Of a stretch of DNA of 64,000 bases, positions 1-9,650 are shown one piece after another. The stretch comes from an uncultured Desulfobacterales bacterium (GTDB lineage: Bacteria; Myxococcota_A; UBA9160; JAFDET01), in NCBI GenBank assembly GCA_964194905.1, contig CAXMOD010000074.1, forward strand, positions 3,940 to 67,939. The letters run 5' to 3'. The number at the start of each line of letters is the position of its first letter. The stretch's first letter is position 1. The position numbers were made by a program, and so were the translations under genes. Below the pieces are notes generated by a model that was given only the letters and a program-made list of their open reading frames with translations, was not told the DNA's origin and ran no database searches.

Positions 1-134
1 GCGGCTTCGTGCTCGAGCCGCTGCGCGACGTGGCGCCGAACCTGGTGCACCCTGTGCTGGGTGAGACGGTGGAAACGCTCGCGCAACGGGTGCGCGACCC
101 GGAAGCGGTGCGCTTGTTCACCGCGGAGACCTGA
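1..134 (+). CDS. 3' end of an unidentified protein-coding gene (partial, start lies outside the window)
   Basis: Open frame from the window edge (codons phased from nt 3) to TGA at 132-134. Strong G/C third-position bias. Tail reads ...GETVETLAQRVRDPEAVRLFTAET. No family recognised. Confidence 0.45.
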   Translation, partial: GFVLEPLRDVAPNLVHPVLGETVETLAQRVRDPEAVRLFTAET

Positions 135-145
135 GGAGACAGAAG

Positions 146-451
146 ATGGCGATCGTGGCCGTGAGCATTGCACCGATCGGGCGGGGAGAGAGTGTGGGAC
201 GCTACGTGGCAGAGGCCTTGCGCGTGGTGCGCGCTCAGGACGAGGTTCGCCACCGGCTGGACCCCATGTTCACGACGCTGGAAGGGGAGCTCCCGGCCAT
301 CTTCGACCTGATCCTGCGCATGCAGGAGGCGGTCTTCTCCGCAGGCGCGGCGCGCGTCTCCACCGTCATCAAGGTGGACGAACGCCGCGACAAGGCGGTC
401 CGCATGGAGGACAAGGTGGCGGAGGTGGAGGAGCGGCTGGGCGGCCGCTAG
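146..451 (+). CDS. MTH1187/YkoF-family (UPF0045/DUF77) small thiamine-binding-type protein
   Basis: 101 aa. GAGGAG Shine-Dalgarno 7 nt upstream of the ATG. Full-length pattern match to the MTH1187 family (MAIVAVSIAPIG..YVAEAL..TTLEGE..VSTVIKVDERRDK). Confidence 0.85.
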   Translation: MAIVAVSIAPIGRGESVGRYVAEALRVVRAQDEVRHRLDPMFTTLEGELPAIFDLILRMQEAVFSAGAARVSTVIKVDERRDKAVRMEDKVAEVEERLGGR

Positions 452-496
452 ATCGTCAGGCGCACCGCCGGGCCACGCGAGTCCATAGGGCCGGCT

Positions 497-1183
497 CTAG
501 TCGGTGTCGGACGAGAAGACCGCGCGCACGCGCAGGCCGCCGGGCAGGCCGCGCGCGGAGAGGGAGCCCCCGCAGCCGGCTACCACGGCGAGCACGGCTT
601 GCAGCGCGAACGCGTTGCCTGCTCCGTCGGCCAGATTCGGGTTCAGGAGCGTCTCGGCGCTGGCGTCCTCCAGCCCCTGGGCGTAGAGGTCCACCTCCAG
701 CGCGGCAGTGTCGGGCTTGTCGCCGGGAGCGGCGGCCAGACGCATACAGGCCACGACCTCGCAGCGGTCGGCCATGTGGTACGCGAGCGTCAGCAGCAGA
801 AGCTCGAGGCGGGCGGGGTCCACCGCCACGTGGAAGACCTCGGCGGGGAGGTCGGCCTCTACGGAAAAGCGGCTTCCCAGGGTGTCCGAGAGCAGCGGTG
901 CGACGTGACGCACCACCGCTCCCAGCTCCGCTTCCTCCACGCGGCCGAAGCGGCTGGTGTGGTGAGCGGTGAGGCTGCGCGCAGCACGGGTGCAGCGGCC
1001 GAGTTCCTGCTCCATCTCTCCCGCGCTCTCGGGTTCGTCCACCAGTCCGCAGAGGGCGGTGAGCGCATTGTTCAGGGTGTGGGCTGCACCGCGGGTGGTG
1101 CGCCATACGCACTGGAGGTGCGCGATCTCCAGGAGGGCCTCTTCGTCGATTCCGGGCACCTGGCGGCGAATGGGGACGGGCAT
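497..1183 (-). CDS. Soluble histidine-kinase-like protein (DHp H-box plus degenerate GHKL domain), no sensor domain
   Basis: 228 aa. H-box-like segment RGAAHTLNNALTAL, followed by a C-terminal region of HATPase_c length and layout. I cannot find clean N and G1 boxes in it. High GC3. Confidence 0.55.
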   Translation of the reverse strand: MPVPIRRQVPGIDEEALLEIAHLQCVWRTTRGAAHTLNNALTALCGLVDEPESAGEMEQELGRCTRAARSLTAHHTSRFGRVEEAELGAVVRHVAPLLSDTLGSRFSVEADLPAEVFHVAVDPARLELLLLTLAYHMADRCEVVACMRLAAAPGDKPDTAALEVDLYAQGLEDASAETLLNPNLADGAGNAFALQAVLAVVAGCGGSLSARGLPGGLRVRAVFSSDTD

Positions 1184-1308
1184 CCCCGGCTACATCGACT
1201 GGAACCGGGGCGGGATTGAGCCCCGCAACGGAGTGCGGCCCCGGGCAACATGCCCAGGGCCGCAGGGGACGAACACCGGTGGCGGGTCGGTTGTTTCGTT
1301 TCGCCCCC

Positions 1309-1863
1309 TTACACCACTCCCTTGCGGGTCTTCCGCGCAGCCCTCTCGCGCATGCGGACCAGCAGCTCCTCGTGGAGCTCGATCTGGAGCTCCAGGTGGG
1401 CCACCCCGGACTCGCGCAGGAACTTCACGAAGAAGGTCGAGAAGGCCTTCGGGTTGGCCAGGTCGGCGCGCAGCTGGTCCAGCGCCGCGCGCGTGCCTTC
1501 GAGCTGCTTCTCCACCCAGGAGATGGCCTCCGGGAAGTCCTCGCCGTGGGCAAAGAGGAGCTTCAGGTAGAGGGGGTTGCGCACGCTCGGCGTCGTGTCG
1601 GGCGGGAGCCGGCGCCAGCTCGCCAGCTCCTCCCGGCCTTCGCCGGTAATGGTGTAGACCTTGCGATCCGGCCGGCCCTCGCCGCTGGGCTCGCGGTGGA
1701 AGGAGACCAGGCCCTCCTCCTCGAGCTTGCGCAGGCTCGGGTAGATGGCGGCCAGGTTGACGGGCCAGAAGCTCGAGATGCCCTCCTCGAGCACGCGCTT
1801 GAGCTGGTAGCCGTGCATCTCGCGGTAATCGAGGATTCCGAGGATGGCATGCCGAAGTGACAT
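1309..1863 (-). CDS. PadR-family transcriptional regulator
   Basis: The N-terminal winged helix MSLRHAILGILDYREMHGYQL...IYPSLRKLEEEGLV is typical of PadR. I prefer the ATG at 1863 over the track start at 1893, because codons 1864-1893 (TAT ATT AGA AAA GAT CAT) are AT-rich and atypical for this genome. Confidence 0.85.
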   Translation of the reverse strand: MSLRHAILGILDYREMHGYQLKRVLEEGISSFWPVNLAAIYPSLRKLEEEGLVSFHREPSGEGRPDRKVYTITGEGREELASWRRLPPDTTPSVRNPLYLKLLFAHGEDFPEAISWVEKQLEGTRAALDQLRADLANPKAFSTFFVKFLRESGVAHLELQIELHEELLVRMRERAARKTRKGVV

Positions 1864-1943
1864 ATGATCTTTTCTAATATAAGCCTCCATCACTAGTCAA
1901 CCCCGCCGTGCGCTACGCTCCGGCCCTTCGAGGGACCCCGCCC

Positions 1944-2723
1944 ATGAGCTCTACTTCGCCGAGCCCGCTCAGCGCCCGAAAGCCCTTGTCTTCCGAGGTC
2001 TTGGACCAGGTGGGCGACGGCCGCCTCGAGGCGCTCCCGGCCGCCGAGGTGCTGGAGTGGGGGCTCAAGACCTTCCACCCGCGCATCGCCCTCTCGGCGT
2101 CGTTCGGCGGGCCGGAGGGGATGCTGCTTCTCGACATGATGACCCGCATCCGGCCCGACGCGCGGGTGTTCGTACTCGACACCGGGCGTATGCCCCAGGC
2201 CACCTACGACCTCATCGATCGGGTCCGCGACCGCTACGACAAGGAGGTCGAGATCGTCTTTCCCGACCCGGCCGCGGTGGAGAAGATCGTGCGCGATCAC
2301 GGTGCCAACCTCTTCTACGAGTCCATCGAACGCCGCCAGCTCTGCTGCCAGGTGCGCAAGGTGGAGCCCCTGAAGCGCAAGCTGGCCGAGCTCGACGCGT
2401 GGGTGACCGGTCTGCGCCGGGACCAGGCGGTGACGCGCACCCGAGCCGTCAAGGTGGAGGTCGATCGCGCGCACCATGGGATCATCAAGGTGAATCCGCT
2501 CGTGGACTGGTCCCACGAGGACGTGTGGCGCTACGTGCGCGAGCACAACGTTCCCACCAACCGGCTCCACGGCGAGGGCTACCCGTCGGTGGGCTGCGAC
2601 CCGTGCTCCCGCGCCGTCAAGGCCGGCGAAGACGAGCGCGCCGGGCGTTGGTGGTGGGAGCAGCCGGACACCAAGGAGTGCGGCATCCACGTGGGCGAGG
2701 AAGAGGAAGGGTCGGGCATCTAG
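1944..2723 (+). CDS. cysH: Phosphoadenosine/adenosine phosphosulfate reductase (CysH; Fe-S type APS/PAPS reductase)
   Basis: Motifs SASFGGPEGMLLLDM, CC pair (RRQLCCQVRKVEPL), SVGCDPCS and KECGIH at the C-terminus. The ATG at 1944 is preceded by GAGGGA. The track start at 1908 (GTG) remains possible. Confidence 0.9.
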   Translation: MSSTSPSPLSARKPLSSEVLDQVGDGRLEALPAAEVLEWGLKTFHPRIALSASFGGPEGMLLLDMMTRIRPDARVFVLDTGRMPQATYDLIDRVRDRYDKEVEIVFPDPAAVEKIVRDHGANLFYESIERRQLCCQVRKVEPLKRKLAELDAWVTGLRRDQAVTRTRAVKVEVDRAHHGIIKVNPLVDWSHEDVWRYVREHNVPTNRLHGEGYPSVGCDPCSRAVKAGEDERAGRWWWEQPDTKECGIHVGEEEEGSGI

Positions 2724-3226
2724 TGCTGCACCGGCGGACCTTCCTGGCCGGCGTTCTCGGGCTTCTCGCCGCTCCGCTGCAGCGCGCGCGCGCCGCGGCC
2801 CCTTCCGACGAGGCGAGCGGCGCGCTTGGATCGAGCCGCTACGCATACGTCTCGCCGCTGCGATCCGACGGAAGCGAGAGCGCCTGTCACGGCGAGGTCT
2901 GGTTCGGTTGGCTCGACGACCGAGTCGTCGTCATCACGGGCTCCGAGCGCTGGAAGGCGCGCGCCCTGGTGCGGGGTCTCGACCGCGCCCGCATCTGGGT
3001 AGGCGACTACGGGGCCTGGAAGCGCCTCGGTGTCACGAATGACGACTTCCGCAAGGGGCCGACCTTCGACGCGCGCGCGCGCAAGGTCACGGACCCGGCG
3101 CTGCTCGATGGTCTGATGGCCGAGTTCCGCCGCAAGTACCCCGACGAGATCGGCAAGTGGGAGCCAAAGATGCGCGCGGGCTTTGCCGACGGCGACCGCA
3201 CGCTGATCGCCTACGAGCCCCTCTAG
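2723..3226 (+). CDS. Hypothetical protein with twin-arginine-like signal peptide
   Basis: This is the last 167 codons of track ORF 2057..3226. Its GTG at 2723 overlaps the cysH TAG by 1 nt (TAGTG). The N-terminus VLHRRTFLAGVLGLLAAP.. looks Tat/Sec-like. High GC3. No family recognised. Confidence 0.65.
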   Translation: MLHRRTFLAGVLGLLAAPLQRARAAAPSDEASGALGSSRYAYVSPLRSDGSESACHGEVWFGWLDDRVVVITGSERWKARALVRGLDRARIWVGDYGAWKRLGVTNDDFRKGPTFDARARKVTDPALLDGLMAEFRRKYPDEIGKWEPKMRAGFADGDRTLIAYEPL

Positions 3227-4263
3227 CCCCCGAGCTCGTCGGCGGCGCGCACCGGGTTGCGCAGCCGCCCGATGGCCTCGATCTCCACCTCGACGACGTC
3301 GCCGTCGCCGAGCCAGCGGGGCGGACGCCGCGCCGCGCCGACGCCGGCCGGCGTGCCGGTCAGCACCACATCCCCGGGCTCGAGCGTCATGAGCTGGGAA
3401 GCGAACGCGATCACCTCGGCGACCGGGAAGATCATCTCCTTGGTGCGCGCCGACTGCATCGTCTGGCCGCAGACCAGCGTGCGCAGGCCCAGGTCCTGGG
3501 GATCGGATACGGCGTCCGCCGTCACCAGCGCGGGTCCGAGGGGACAGAAGGTGTCGCACGACTTTCCGACGAAGTGCTGGCCGCGAACGTTCTGGAAGTC
3601 GCGCGCGGTCACGTCGTTGGCCGCCGTGTAGCCGGCCACGCACGCGAGCGCCTCCTCCGGCGCGACGTTGCGCGCGGTGCGCCCGATCACCACCGCAAGC
3701 TCGCCTTCGTAGTCCACCTTCTCGCTTGCGGCGGGCAACACGATGGCGTCTTCGGGGCCGATCACGGAGGATGACGCCTTCACGAAGAGGACCGGCTCGC
3801 GGGGCCGCTCGGCGCCGCGCTCGTCGGCGTGGGCGCCGTAGTTGCGGGCCACCGCGACGATCTTCCCGGGGCGGGGCACGGGGGCGCGCAGCCGGGCGCT
3901 GCGGGCGTCCTCGAAGATCCCCGCGCGCTCCAGGTCGACGGCGTCCCAGCGCCCCAACGCGTTGGCCGCGAACGCGAGCGCATCCTGCGCGGCGAGGTGC
4001 GTTCTCGGGAAGCGGCGCAGGAAGGCGAGCGGTTCGGCGGGCAGGCGCGCGTCGGCTTCGGCCCCGGGAGCGCCCACGTCCTGGAGCGCCAGTTGCGCCG
4101 CGAGCGCGCGGTTCAGGTCCACCACGGTGCCCGCGCGCGGTCCCTCGGGAAGCAGCGCGCCGATGCGTACGCTGCCGGGCCGGCCCACCTCGAGGGCGTC
4201 GAATCCCTCTCCTGTCCCAGCGCCGCGCGGGCGACGCGCGCGTTCGAAGCAGACGATGTGCAA
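3223..4263 (-). CDS. Fumarylacetoacetate hydrolase (FAH) family protein
   Basis: 346 aa. The C-terminal FAH domain carries VDYEGELAVVIG, KSCDTFCPLGP and LTGTPAGVG motifs. Confidence 0.88.
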   Translation of the reverse strand: MHIVCFERARRPRGAGTGEGFDALEVGRPGSVRIGALLPEGPRAGTVVDLNRALAAQLALQDVGAPGAEADARLPAEPLAFLRRFPRTHLAAQDALAFAANALGRWDAVDLERAGIFEDARSARLRAPVPRPGKIVAVARNYGAHADERGAERPREPVLFVKASSSVIGPEDAIVLPAASEKVDYEGELAVVIGRTARNVAPEEALACVAGYTAANDVTARDFQNVRGQHFVGKSCDTFCPLGPALVTADAVSDPQDLGLRTLVCGQTMQSARTKEMIFPVAEVIAFASQLMTLEPGDVVLTGTPAGVGAARRPPRWLGDGDVVEVEIEAIGRLRNPVRAADELGG

Positions 4264-4336
4264 CTGGGGTCCTCGAACCGGAATCTAGCGCCGTGGCGGG
4301 GTCAAGCCCCCCCTCGGTTCGGTCGATACCCGCTGT

Positions 4337-4672
4337 ATGGGAAACCTCATTCGCAGCGCCGCCGGCGCTCTCCTGTTCGCAGCCGCCCTGGCGCTTTCGC
4401 TCCCTGGGGCTTCGGTGAGCGCCGATCCTGCAGACTCCGCTCAGCCCGCCTCCCCGAGCGAGGCCCCGATGTGCCGCGCCGACGACCCGATCGCCGACGC
4501 GGTCGCCGTCGAGAGCGTGGTCGCCGCCGTACGCCGCCAGGCCGTCCAGGCTCCAGCCGAGGACTCCCCGCGCGTGCTCAACGCGGCCGGCTACAACTAC
4601 CCGAGCAACCGCAAGATCGATTTCCGCGCCCTCGAGCGCGAGCTGCGCATGGACCGGGCCCGCTCCCGCTAG
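4337..4672 (+). CDS. Small secreted hypothetical protein
   Basis: 111 aa. Sec-type signal peptide (MGNLIRSAAGALLFAAALALSLPGASVSA). High GC3 throughout. Lies 47 nt upstream of the PDZ-containing sensor kinase. Confidence 0.65.
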   Translation: MGNLIRSAAGALLFAAALALSLPGASVSADPADSAQPASPSEAPMCRADDPIADAVAVESVVAAVRRQAVQAPAEDSPRVLNAAGYNYPSNRKIDFRALERELRMDRARSR

Positions 4673-4719
4673 AAGCCTGATCCAACCGCTATAGTCCTGC
4701 CGCGCGCCCTTGGAGCGGC

Positions 4720-7257
4720 ATGGACCCCATCGCCACCCAGCGTCTGCGCCGAGCGACCGCCGCACTGGCGATCGCGTGGGCGTTGTCTGCCTTTGCGCTG
4801 TCCCTCATCGCCAAGGCCGAGGCCGAGTTGCGGGCGCGTCCCCCGATCGCACCCATGGCTCTGCGCGGCGAGTACTGGGTCGTGCAGTGGGCCAACGACG
4901 CGGCTGCCGAGGCGGGTGTGCGCGTGGGCGACCGGGTGCTGGCGGTGGACGGCCGGCGCGCCGACCGCAACCTCGATCGCCGCTTCCTGGACCTGCACGA
5001 CGGCGTCCCCAACGCCTACCGCATCCAACGCCGCGACGGCTCCGTGATCGAGGTGGATCTGCTGCCCCTGCGCCCGGGCGAGAGGCGGCCCATCTACGGC
5101 GTCGTGGTGGACGCGGGGCTCCCGCTGGTGGGCGCCATCTACCTGGCCATCGGCGTGGCGGTCTGGCTGATGCGACCGCTGCGTTCCGAGTCGTGGGCGT
5201 TCCTGCTCTTCTGTTCGACGATGGCGGCGGGTCTCTTTGGTGCCGGCTGGTCGCGCTCCGCGGCGTGGGACGTGCAATGGCTGAACCTTCCCCTCATCGG
5301 GGCGACGGCCTTCCATCTGTTCAGCACCTACCCCATCGCGCCCGGCTGGGTCGTGCGCCGCCCCCAGGTGCGCGTGCTGGTCTATGGGGTCGCGGTGCTG
5401 CTCGGCGCGTTGGCCTACGCCGAGGGCTTCGTGAACATCCCGCCGGGCATCTGGCGCACGGCGGCGTCCTTCTTCCCGGCGTTGTGCGGTGCGGCGCTGG
5501 TCGGTGTGCTGTGGGCGGAACGCCGGCGCATGGCCGAGAGTACGCAGCGGGACCGGGCGGACGTGGTGCTCTTCGGCGCCGCGGTCGCGTTCCTTCCCGT
5601 CCTGGCCGTGGTCGCCTCCCAGTTCCTGTTCCGCACCGCGACGCCGTGGTTCCTGGCGTTCCTGTGGTTCTTCGTATTCCCGGTGGCGGTGGGCTACGGG
5701 ATCGTGCGCAAACAGCTCTTCGACATCCGCGGCGTGGCGCGCTCGTCGGTGGCCTATGGCTTCACCACGCTGGCGATCACGGGCCTCTTCGCGCTGCTCA
5801 TCACCAGCGCCGACGCCGCCTTCGCGCGCTTCAACATCAACGCCCGTTCGCCCTGGTTCGCGGTGGCGTTCCTGTTCTTCGCCATCCTGGCCATGAACCC
5901 GCTGCGCGATCGTCTCCAGCGCTTCGTGGACGACTGGTTCGACCGCGATCGCCGCTCCTACCGCCGCGCGGTGCGGGAGATCTCGGAGGCCATGGTCTCC
6001 ATGCTCTCCATCAAGGAGATCGTGGACCGCATCCTCGTCGCCGTGACCGACACCATGGGCGTGGAGCGCGCGATGGTGATGATCCTGGACGAGGACGCCC
6101 GGGTGTTGCGCCCCCAGGCGGTGCGCGGCGACTGGGGAGAGGACCTGGCGGGCCTGGAACTGGGAGCCGACCACCCGGTGACGCGCCAGCTCTGGGTGCA
6201 GAGGCGCATCCTGGCCCGTGGGTCCTTCGACGACGAGTTCGACCTGGAGGCCCGCGAGGCGAGCCGCGATGTCTTCGAGACCCTCGAGATCGAGCTGCTG
6301 GTGCCCATACTCTACGGGGTGGACCTAATGGGCGTGATCGCCGTGGGGCGCAAGCTTTCCGGCGAGCAGCTCGACAGTTCGGATCGCGGTCTGCTCACCA
6401 CGCTGGCCAACCAGAGCTCCGTGGCCATCGAGAATGCCAAGGCGTACGACGAGATCGCGCAGCTGAACGAGACGCTGGAGGCGCGCGTGGAGCAGCGCAG
6501 CCGGGAGCTGCGCGAGACGCAGCAGCAGCTCATGCAGGCGGAGAAGATGAAATCCCTGGGCCAGCTCGTGGCGGGCGTGGCCCACGAACTGAACAACCCG
6601 ATCGGCTTCGTGCACGCGAACATCCAGCTCATCGACGAGAACGTTCAGAAGATCGCGCGGCCGGACGCCACCCCCGAGGAGATCGCGCGCGCGCGGGCGG
6701 CTCTGGCGAAGCTGCTCACGCGCAGCCGGGAGGGCACGGAGCGTGTCAAGCAGATCGTGCAGGACCTGCGCAGCTTCTCGCGCATGGACCAGGCCGAGCT
6801 CCAGGAGGTGGATCTCCACGACGAGCTCGACCGCACCATCGACCTCATGGAGCCGCGCTGCAAGGACTGCATCGCGATCGAACGCGATTACGGCGAGCTG
6901 CCCCACGTGCGCTGCTACCCCGGCCAGCTCAACCAGGTCTTTCTCAACCTGCTGATCAACGCCTGCGACGCCATGGACGGCACGGGGCACATCCGCGTGG
7001 TGACCCGCCCCATCGAGGACGGCGTGCGCGTGGAGGTGGAGGACGACGGCTCCGGCATTCCGGAGGAGCTGAAGGGCCGCATCTTCGATCCGTTCTTCAC
7101 GACCAAGCCCGTGGGCAAGGGAACCGGCCTCGGCCTCTCGCTCTCCCACGGCATCGTCGAGCGTCACGGTGGGCGCATGACCGTGGAGTCGGAGCCCGGG
7201 CAGGGCACGACCTTCCGCATCGAGCTTCCGCTCGACGCGGAAGACGCGGGCGGATAG
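4720..7257 (+). CDS. Multi-pass membrane sensor histidine kinase (TM - PDZ-like - polytopic TM block - GAF - HisKA - HATPase_c)
   Basis: 845 aa. PDZ-like segment [13 protein letters not shown] after TM1. About 8 further hydrophobic helices and a GAF-like region. H-box [14 protein letters not shown]-box [14 protein letters not shown]1 DDGSGIP, G2 GKGTGLGLS. Confidence 0.9.
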   Translation: MDPIATQRLRRATAALAIAWALSAFALSLIAKAEAELRARPPIAPMALRGEYWVVQWANDAAAEAGVRVGDRVLAVDGRRADRNLDRRFLDLHDGVPNAYRIQRRDGSVIEVDLLPLRPGERRPIYGVVVDAGLPLVGAIYLAIGVAVWLMRPLRSESWAFLLFCSTMAAGLFGAGWSRSAAWDVQWLNLPLIGATAFHLFSTYPIAPGWVVRRPQVRVLVYGVAVLLGALAYAEGFVNIPPGIWRTAASFFPALCGAALVGVLWAERRRMAESTQRDRADVVLFGAAVAFLPVLAVVASQFLFRTATPWFLAFLWFFVFPVAVGYGIVRKQLFDIRGVARSSVAYGFTTLAITGLFALLITSADAAFARFNINARSPWFAVAFLFFAILAMNPLRDRLQRFVDDWFDRDRRSYRRAVREISEAMVSMLSIKEIVDRILVAVTDTMGVERAMVMILDEDARVLRPQAVRGDWGEDLAGLELGADHPVTRQLWVQRRILARGSFDDEFDLEAREASRDVFETLEIELLVPILYGVDLMGVIAVGRKLSGEQLDSSDRGLLTTLANQSSVAIENAKAYDEIAQLNETLEARVEQRSRELRETQQQLMQAEKMKSLGQLVAGVAHELNNPIGFVHANIQLIDENVQKIARPDATPEEIARARAALAKLLTRSREGTERVKQIVQDLRSFSRMDQAELQEVDLHDELDRTIDLMEPRCKDCIAIERDYGELPHVRCYPGQLNQVFLNLLINACDAMDGTGHIRVVTRPIEDGVRVEVEDDGSGIPEELKGRIFDPFFTTKPVGKGTGLGLSLSHGIVERHGGRMTVESEPGQGTTFRIELPLDAEDAGG

Positions 7258-7284
7258 CCTTGGAGGCCCTCGGAGGACCCCCCA

Positions 7285-8334
7285 ATGCCCGACCTGAAAC
7301 TCGGCCTCATCGCCGGCTACTCCGGCGCCACAATGTCCGTCCCGCTGGAGCCCATCCAGGAGGCAGAGCGTCTCGGTTTCGACTCCGTCTGGACCGCCGA
7401 GGCCTACGGCTCCGACGCGGTGGCGCCGCTCGCGTTCATCGCGGCCAAGACCAGCACCATCAAGCTGGGTACAGCGATCATGCAGATGCCGGCGCGCAGT
7501 CCGGCCATGACCGCCATGACTGCGATGACCCTGGACGGGCTCTCGGGCGGCCGCTTCATCCTCGGCCTCGGACCGTCCGGACCGCAGGTGGTGGAGGGCT
7601 GGCACGGCGTCGCGTACGGCAAGCCGCTCACGCGCACGCGCGAGTACATCCGCATCATCCGAAAGATCCTCGCGCGCGAGGAGCGGGTGACCTTCGACGG
7701 CGAGATCTACCAGCTCCCCTACGCGGGGCCCGGCGCCAGCGGCCTCGGCAAGCCGCTGAAGAGCATCCTGCACGGACGGGCCGACCTCCCGATCTACACC
7801 GCCTCGATCAGCCCCAACGGCATGAAGTGCGCGGGCGAGGTCTCCGACGGCGTCTTCCCGGTGTGGATGAACCCGGAGCGCTTCGACCTCTTCAAGCCGC
7901 ATCTCGAAGAGGGCTTCGCCAAGGCCGGCGGTGGCAAGAACCTGGCCTCCTTCGACGTGGCACCCTTCGTGACGGTGGTGCTCGGCGACGACGTCGAGCA
8001 GTGCCGCATGCCCGTCAAGATGATGATGGCCCTCTACATCGGCGGCATGGGCGCGCGCGGCAAGAACTTCTACAACGACTACGCCAAGCGCCTGGGCTAC
8101 GAGGAGGCCGCGGAGCAGATCCAGGACCTGTATCTGGACGGCAAGAAGGGCGAAGCCACGGCAGCCGTCCCCGACGCGCTGGTGGACGACGCCGCGCTGG
8201 TGGGTCCCAAGGAGCGCATCGTCGAGCGGCTCGAGGCGTGGAAGGAGGCCGGCCGCAACGGCCACGTCGGCTCACTCCTGGTGGGTGGCGGCCAACCCGA
8301 CGCGCTCCGGCTCCTCGCGGAGAACGTGCTCTAG
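7285..8334 (+). CDS. Luciferase-like monooxygenase (LLM) class flavin/F420-dependent oxidoreductase
   Basis: 349 aa. Typical LLM N-terminus ([10 protein letters not shown]...[39 protein letters not shown]). Confidence 0.85.
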   Translation: MPDLKLGLIAGYSGATMSVPLEPIQEAERLGFDSVWTAEAYGSDAVAPLAFIAAKTSTIKLGTAIMQMPARSPAMTAMTAMTLDGLSGGRFILGLGPSGPQVVEGWHGVAYGKPLTRTREYIRIIRKILAREERVTFDGEIYQLPYAGPGASGLGKPLKSILHGRADLPIYTASISPNGMKCAGEVSDGVFPVWMNPERFDLFKPHLEEGFAKAGGGKNLASFDVAPFVTVVLGDDVEQCRMPVKMMMALYIGGMGARGKNFYNDYAKRLGYEEAAEQIQDLYLDGKKGEATAAVPDALVDDAALVGPKERIVERLEAWKEAGRNGHVGSLLVGGGQPDALRLLAENVL

Positions 8335-8336
8335 CG

Positions 8337-9650
8337 GTGTCGTCCGTCGATCGCCGCCGGGTGGTCGCCCTCGACAAGCAGAGGGTGTGGCACCCGTACA
8401 CGGAGATGGGTCGATACCGGGCGGAGGTGGATCCGCTCGTGATCGTCGAGGCCTCGGGTTCGCGCCTGCGCGATGCCGACGGTCGCGAGTACCTCGACGC
8501 CAACGCCTCGTGGTGGACCTGCGCCCTCGGACACAACCACCCGCGCCTGGTGGCCGCGCTGAAGCGCCAGGCCGAGGTGCTGTCCCACACTGCCCTGGCG
8601 GGCATCGCCCACGAGAACGCGTCGGAGCTGGCGGAGGCCCTGTGCGCGGCCGCGCCCGACACGCTCGAGCACGTCTTCTTCAGCGACAACGGCTCCACGG
8701 CCGTCGAAGTGGCCATGAAGCTCGCACTTCAGTACTGGGCGCAGAACGGGCGTCCCGAACGCACGCGCTTCGTGTCCCTGGAGGAGGCCTTCCACGGCGA
8801 GACCGTGGGCGTCACCGCTCTGGGCGGGGTGGAGGTCTTCCGCGCGCCGTTCGCACCGGTGCTGCTCGACTGTGCCCACCTGCCGTCGCCGGGCGACCCC
8901 GAGGTCTCCGTCGAGCGCGCCGTCGAAGCGCTGGCCGCGGAGCTGGATGCGCGCGCCGACACGGTCGCTGCCGTGGTGCTCGAGCCCATGGTGCAGGGCG
9001 CGGCGGGCATGCGCACCTACGACGCCGAGTACCTGCGTCGCGCCCGCCAGCTCTGCGACCGCCACGACACGTTCCTGGTCTGCGACGAAGTCTTCTCGGG
9101 CTACGGGCGCACCGGCCCCATGTGGGCGAGCCAGCACGCGGGAGTGACGCCCGACGTAATGTGCACCGCCAAGGGCTTCACCGGCGGCATGCTCCCGATG
9201 GCTGCCACGCTGGCGACCGAGCGGATCTTCGAGGGTTTCCTGGGCGCGCCCGAGCGCGCGTTCTACTACGGCCACACCTTCTGCGGGAACCCTCTCGGCG
9301 CCGCGGTGGCGCGCGAGGTGCTGCGCGTGTACGAGGAGGAGCGCATCGTCGAGCGCGCCAAGCCCAAGGCCGAAGCGATCGCAGAGGCATTCGCTGCGAT
9401 GCAGGAGCATCCGGGCGTGGCGCGCACCCGCTCCCTCGGCATGATCGGCGCCCTCGAGCTGGCGGGCGAAGGCGGCTACCTGGCCGACGCCGGCTGGCGC
9501 GTCTATGCCGAGGCGCGGAAGCGCGGCGCCTATCTGCGGCCGCTCGGCAACGTGGTGTACGTGACGCCGTCGCTCACGATCCCCGGTGACGACCTCGACT
9601 CGCTCCTCGCCATCGTGCGCGATAGCGTGGAAGCGGTTACTGCAACGTGA
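8337..9650 (+). CDS. bioA: Adenosylmethionine-8-amino-7-oxononanoate aminotransferase (class III PLP aminotransferase)
   Basis: This is the last 437 codons of the artefactual 4710..9650 track ORF. The GTG at 8337 lies 2 nt after the LLM stop. Motifs WHPYT, SWWTCALGHNHP, DEVFSGYGRTG and TAKGFTGG (PLP lysine). Confidence 0.88.
   Translation: MSSVDRRRVVALDKQRVWHPYTEMGRYRAEVDPLVIVEASGSRLRDADGREYLDANASWWTCALGHNHPRLVAALKRQAEVLSHTALAGIAHENASELAEALCAAAPDTLEHVFFSDNGSTAVEVAMKLALQYWAQNGRPERTRFVSLEEAFHGETVGVTALGGVEVFRAPFAPVLLDCAHLPSPGDPEVSVERAVEALAAELDARADTVAAVVLEPMVQGAAGMRTYDAEYLRRARQLCDRHDTFLVCDEVFSGYGRTGPMWASQHAGVTPDVMCTAKGFTGGMLPMAATLATERIFEGFLGAPERAFYYGHTFCGNPLGAAVAREVLRVYEEERIVERAKPKAEAIAEAFAAMQEHPGVARTRSLGMIGALELAGEGGYLADAGWRVYAEARKRGAYLRPLGNVVYVTPSLTIPGDDLDSLLAIVRDSVEAVTAT

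Noticed and set aside
1876-1900. Possible sigma70 promoter for padR (TTGACT ... TATATT on the minus strand) in the AT-rich padR/cysH spacer
   Set aside because: The spacer between the two hexamers is only 13 nt, too short for a functional -35/-10 pair. The AT-rich patch (1864-1890) is probably regulatory, but I cannot define elements. A plus-strand TAATAT at 1875-1880 lacks a -35.
4710-9650. 1646-aa ORF, the longest in the supplied track
   Set aside because: It is a read-through artefact of stop-codon-poor GC-rich DNA. Most of its translation is Arg/Gly/Pro/Ala low-complexity sequence, out of frame with the well-supported kinase and LLM genes. Only its last 437 codons (8337-9650) encode a recognisable protein, bioA.
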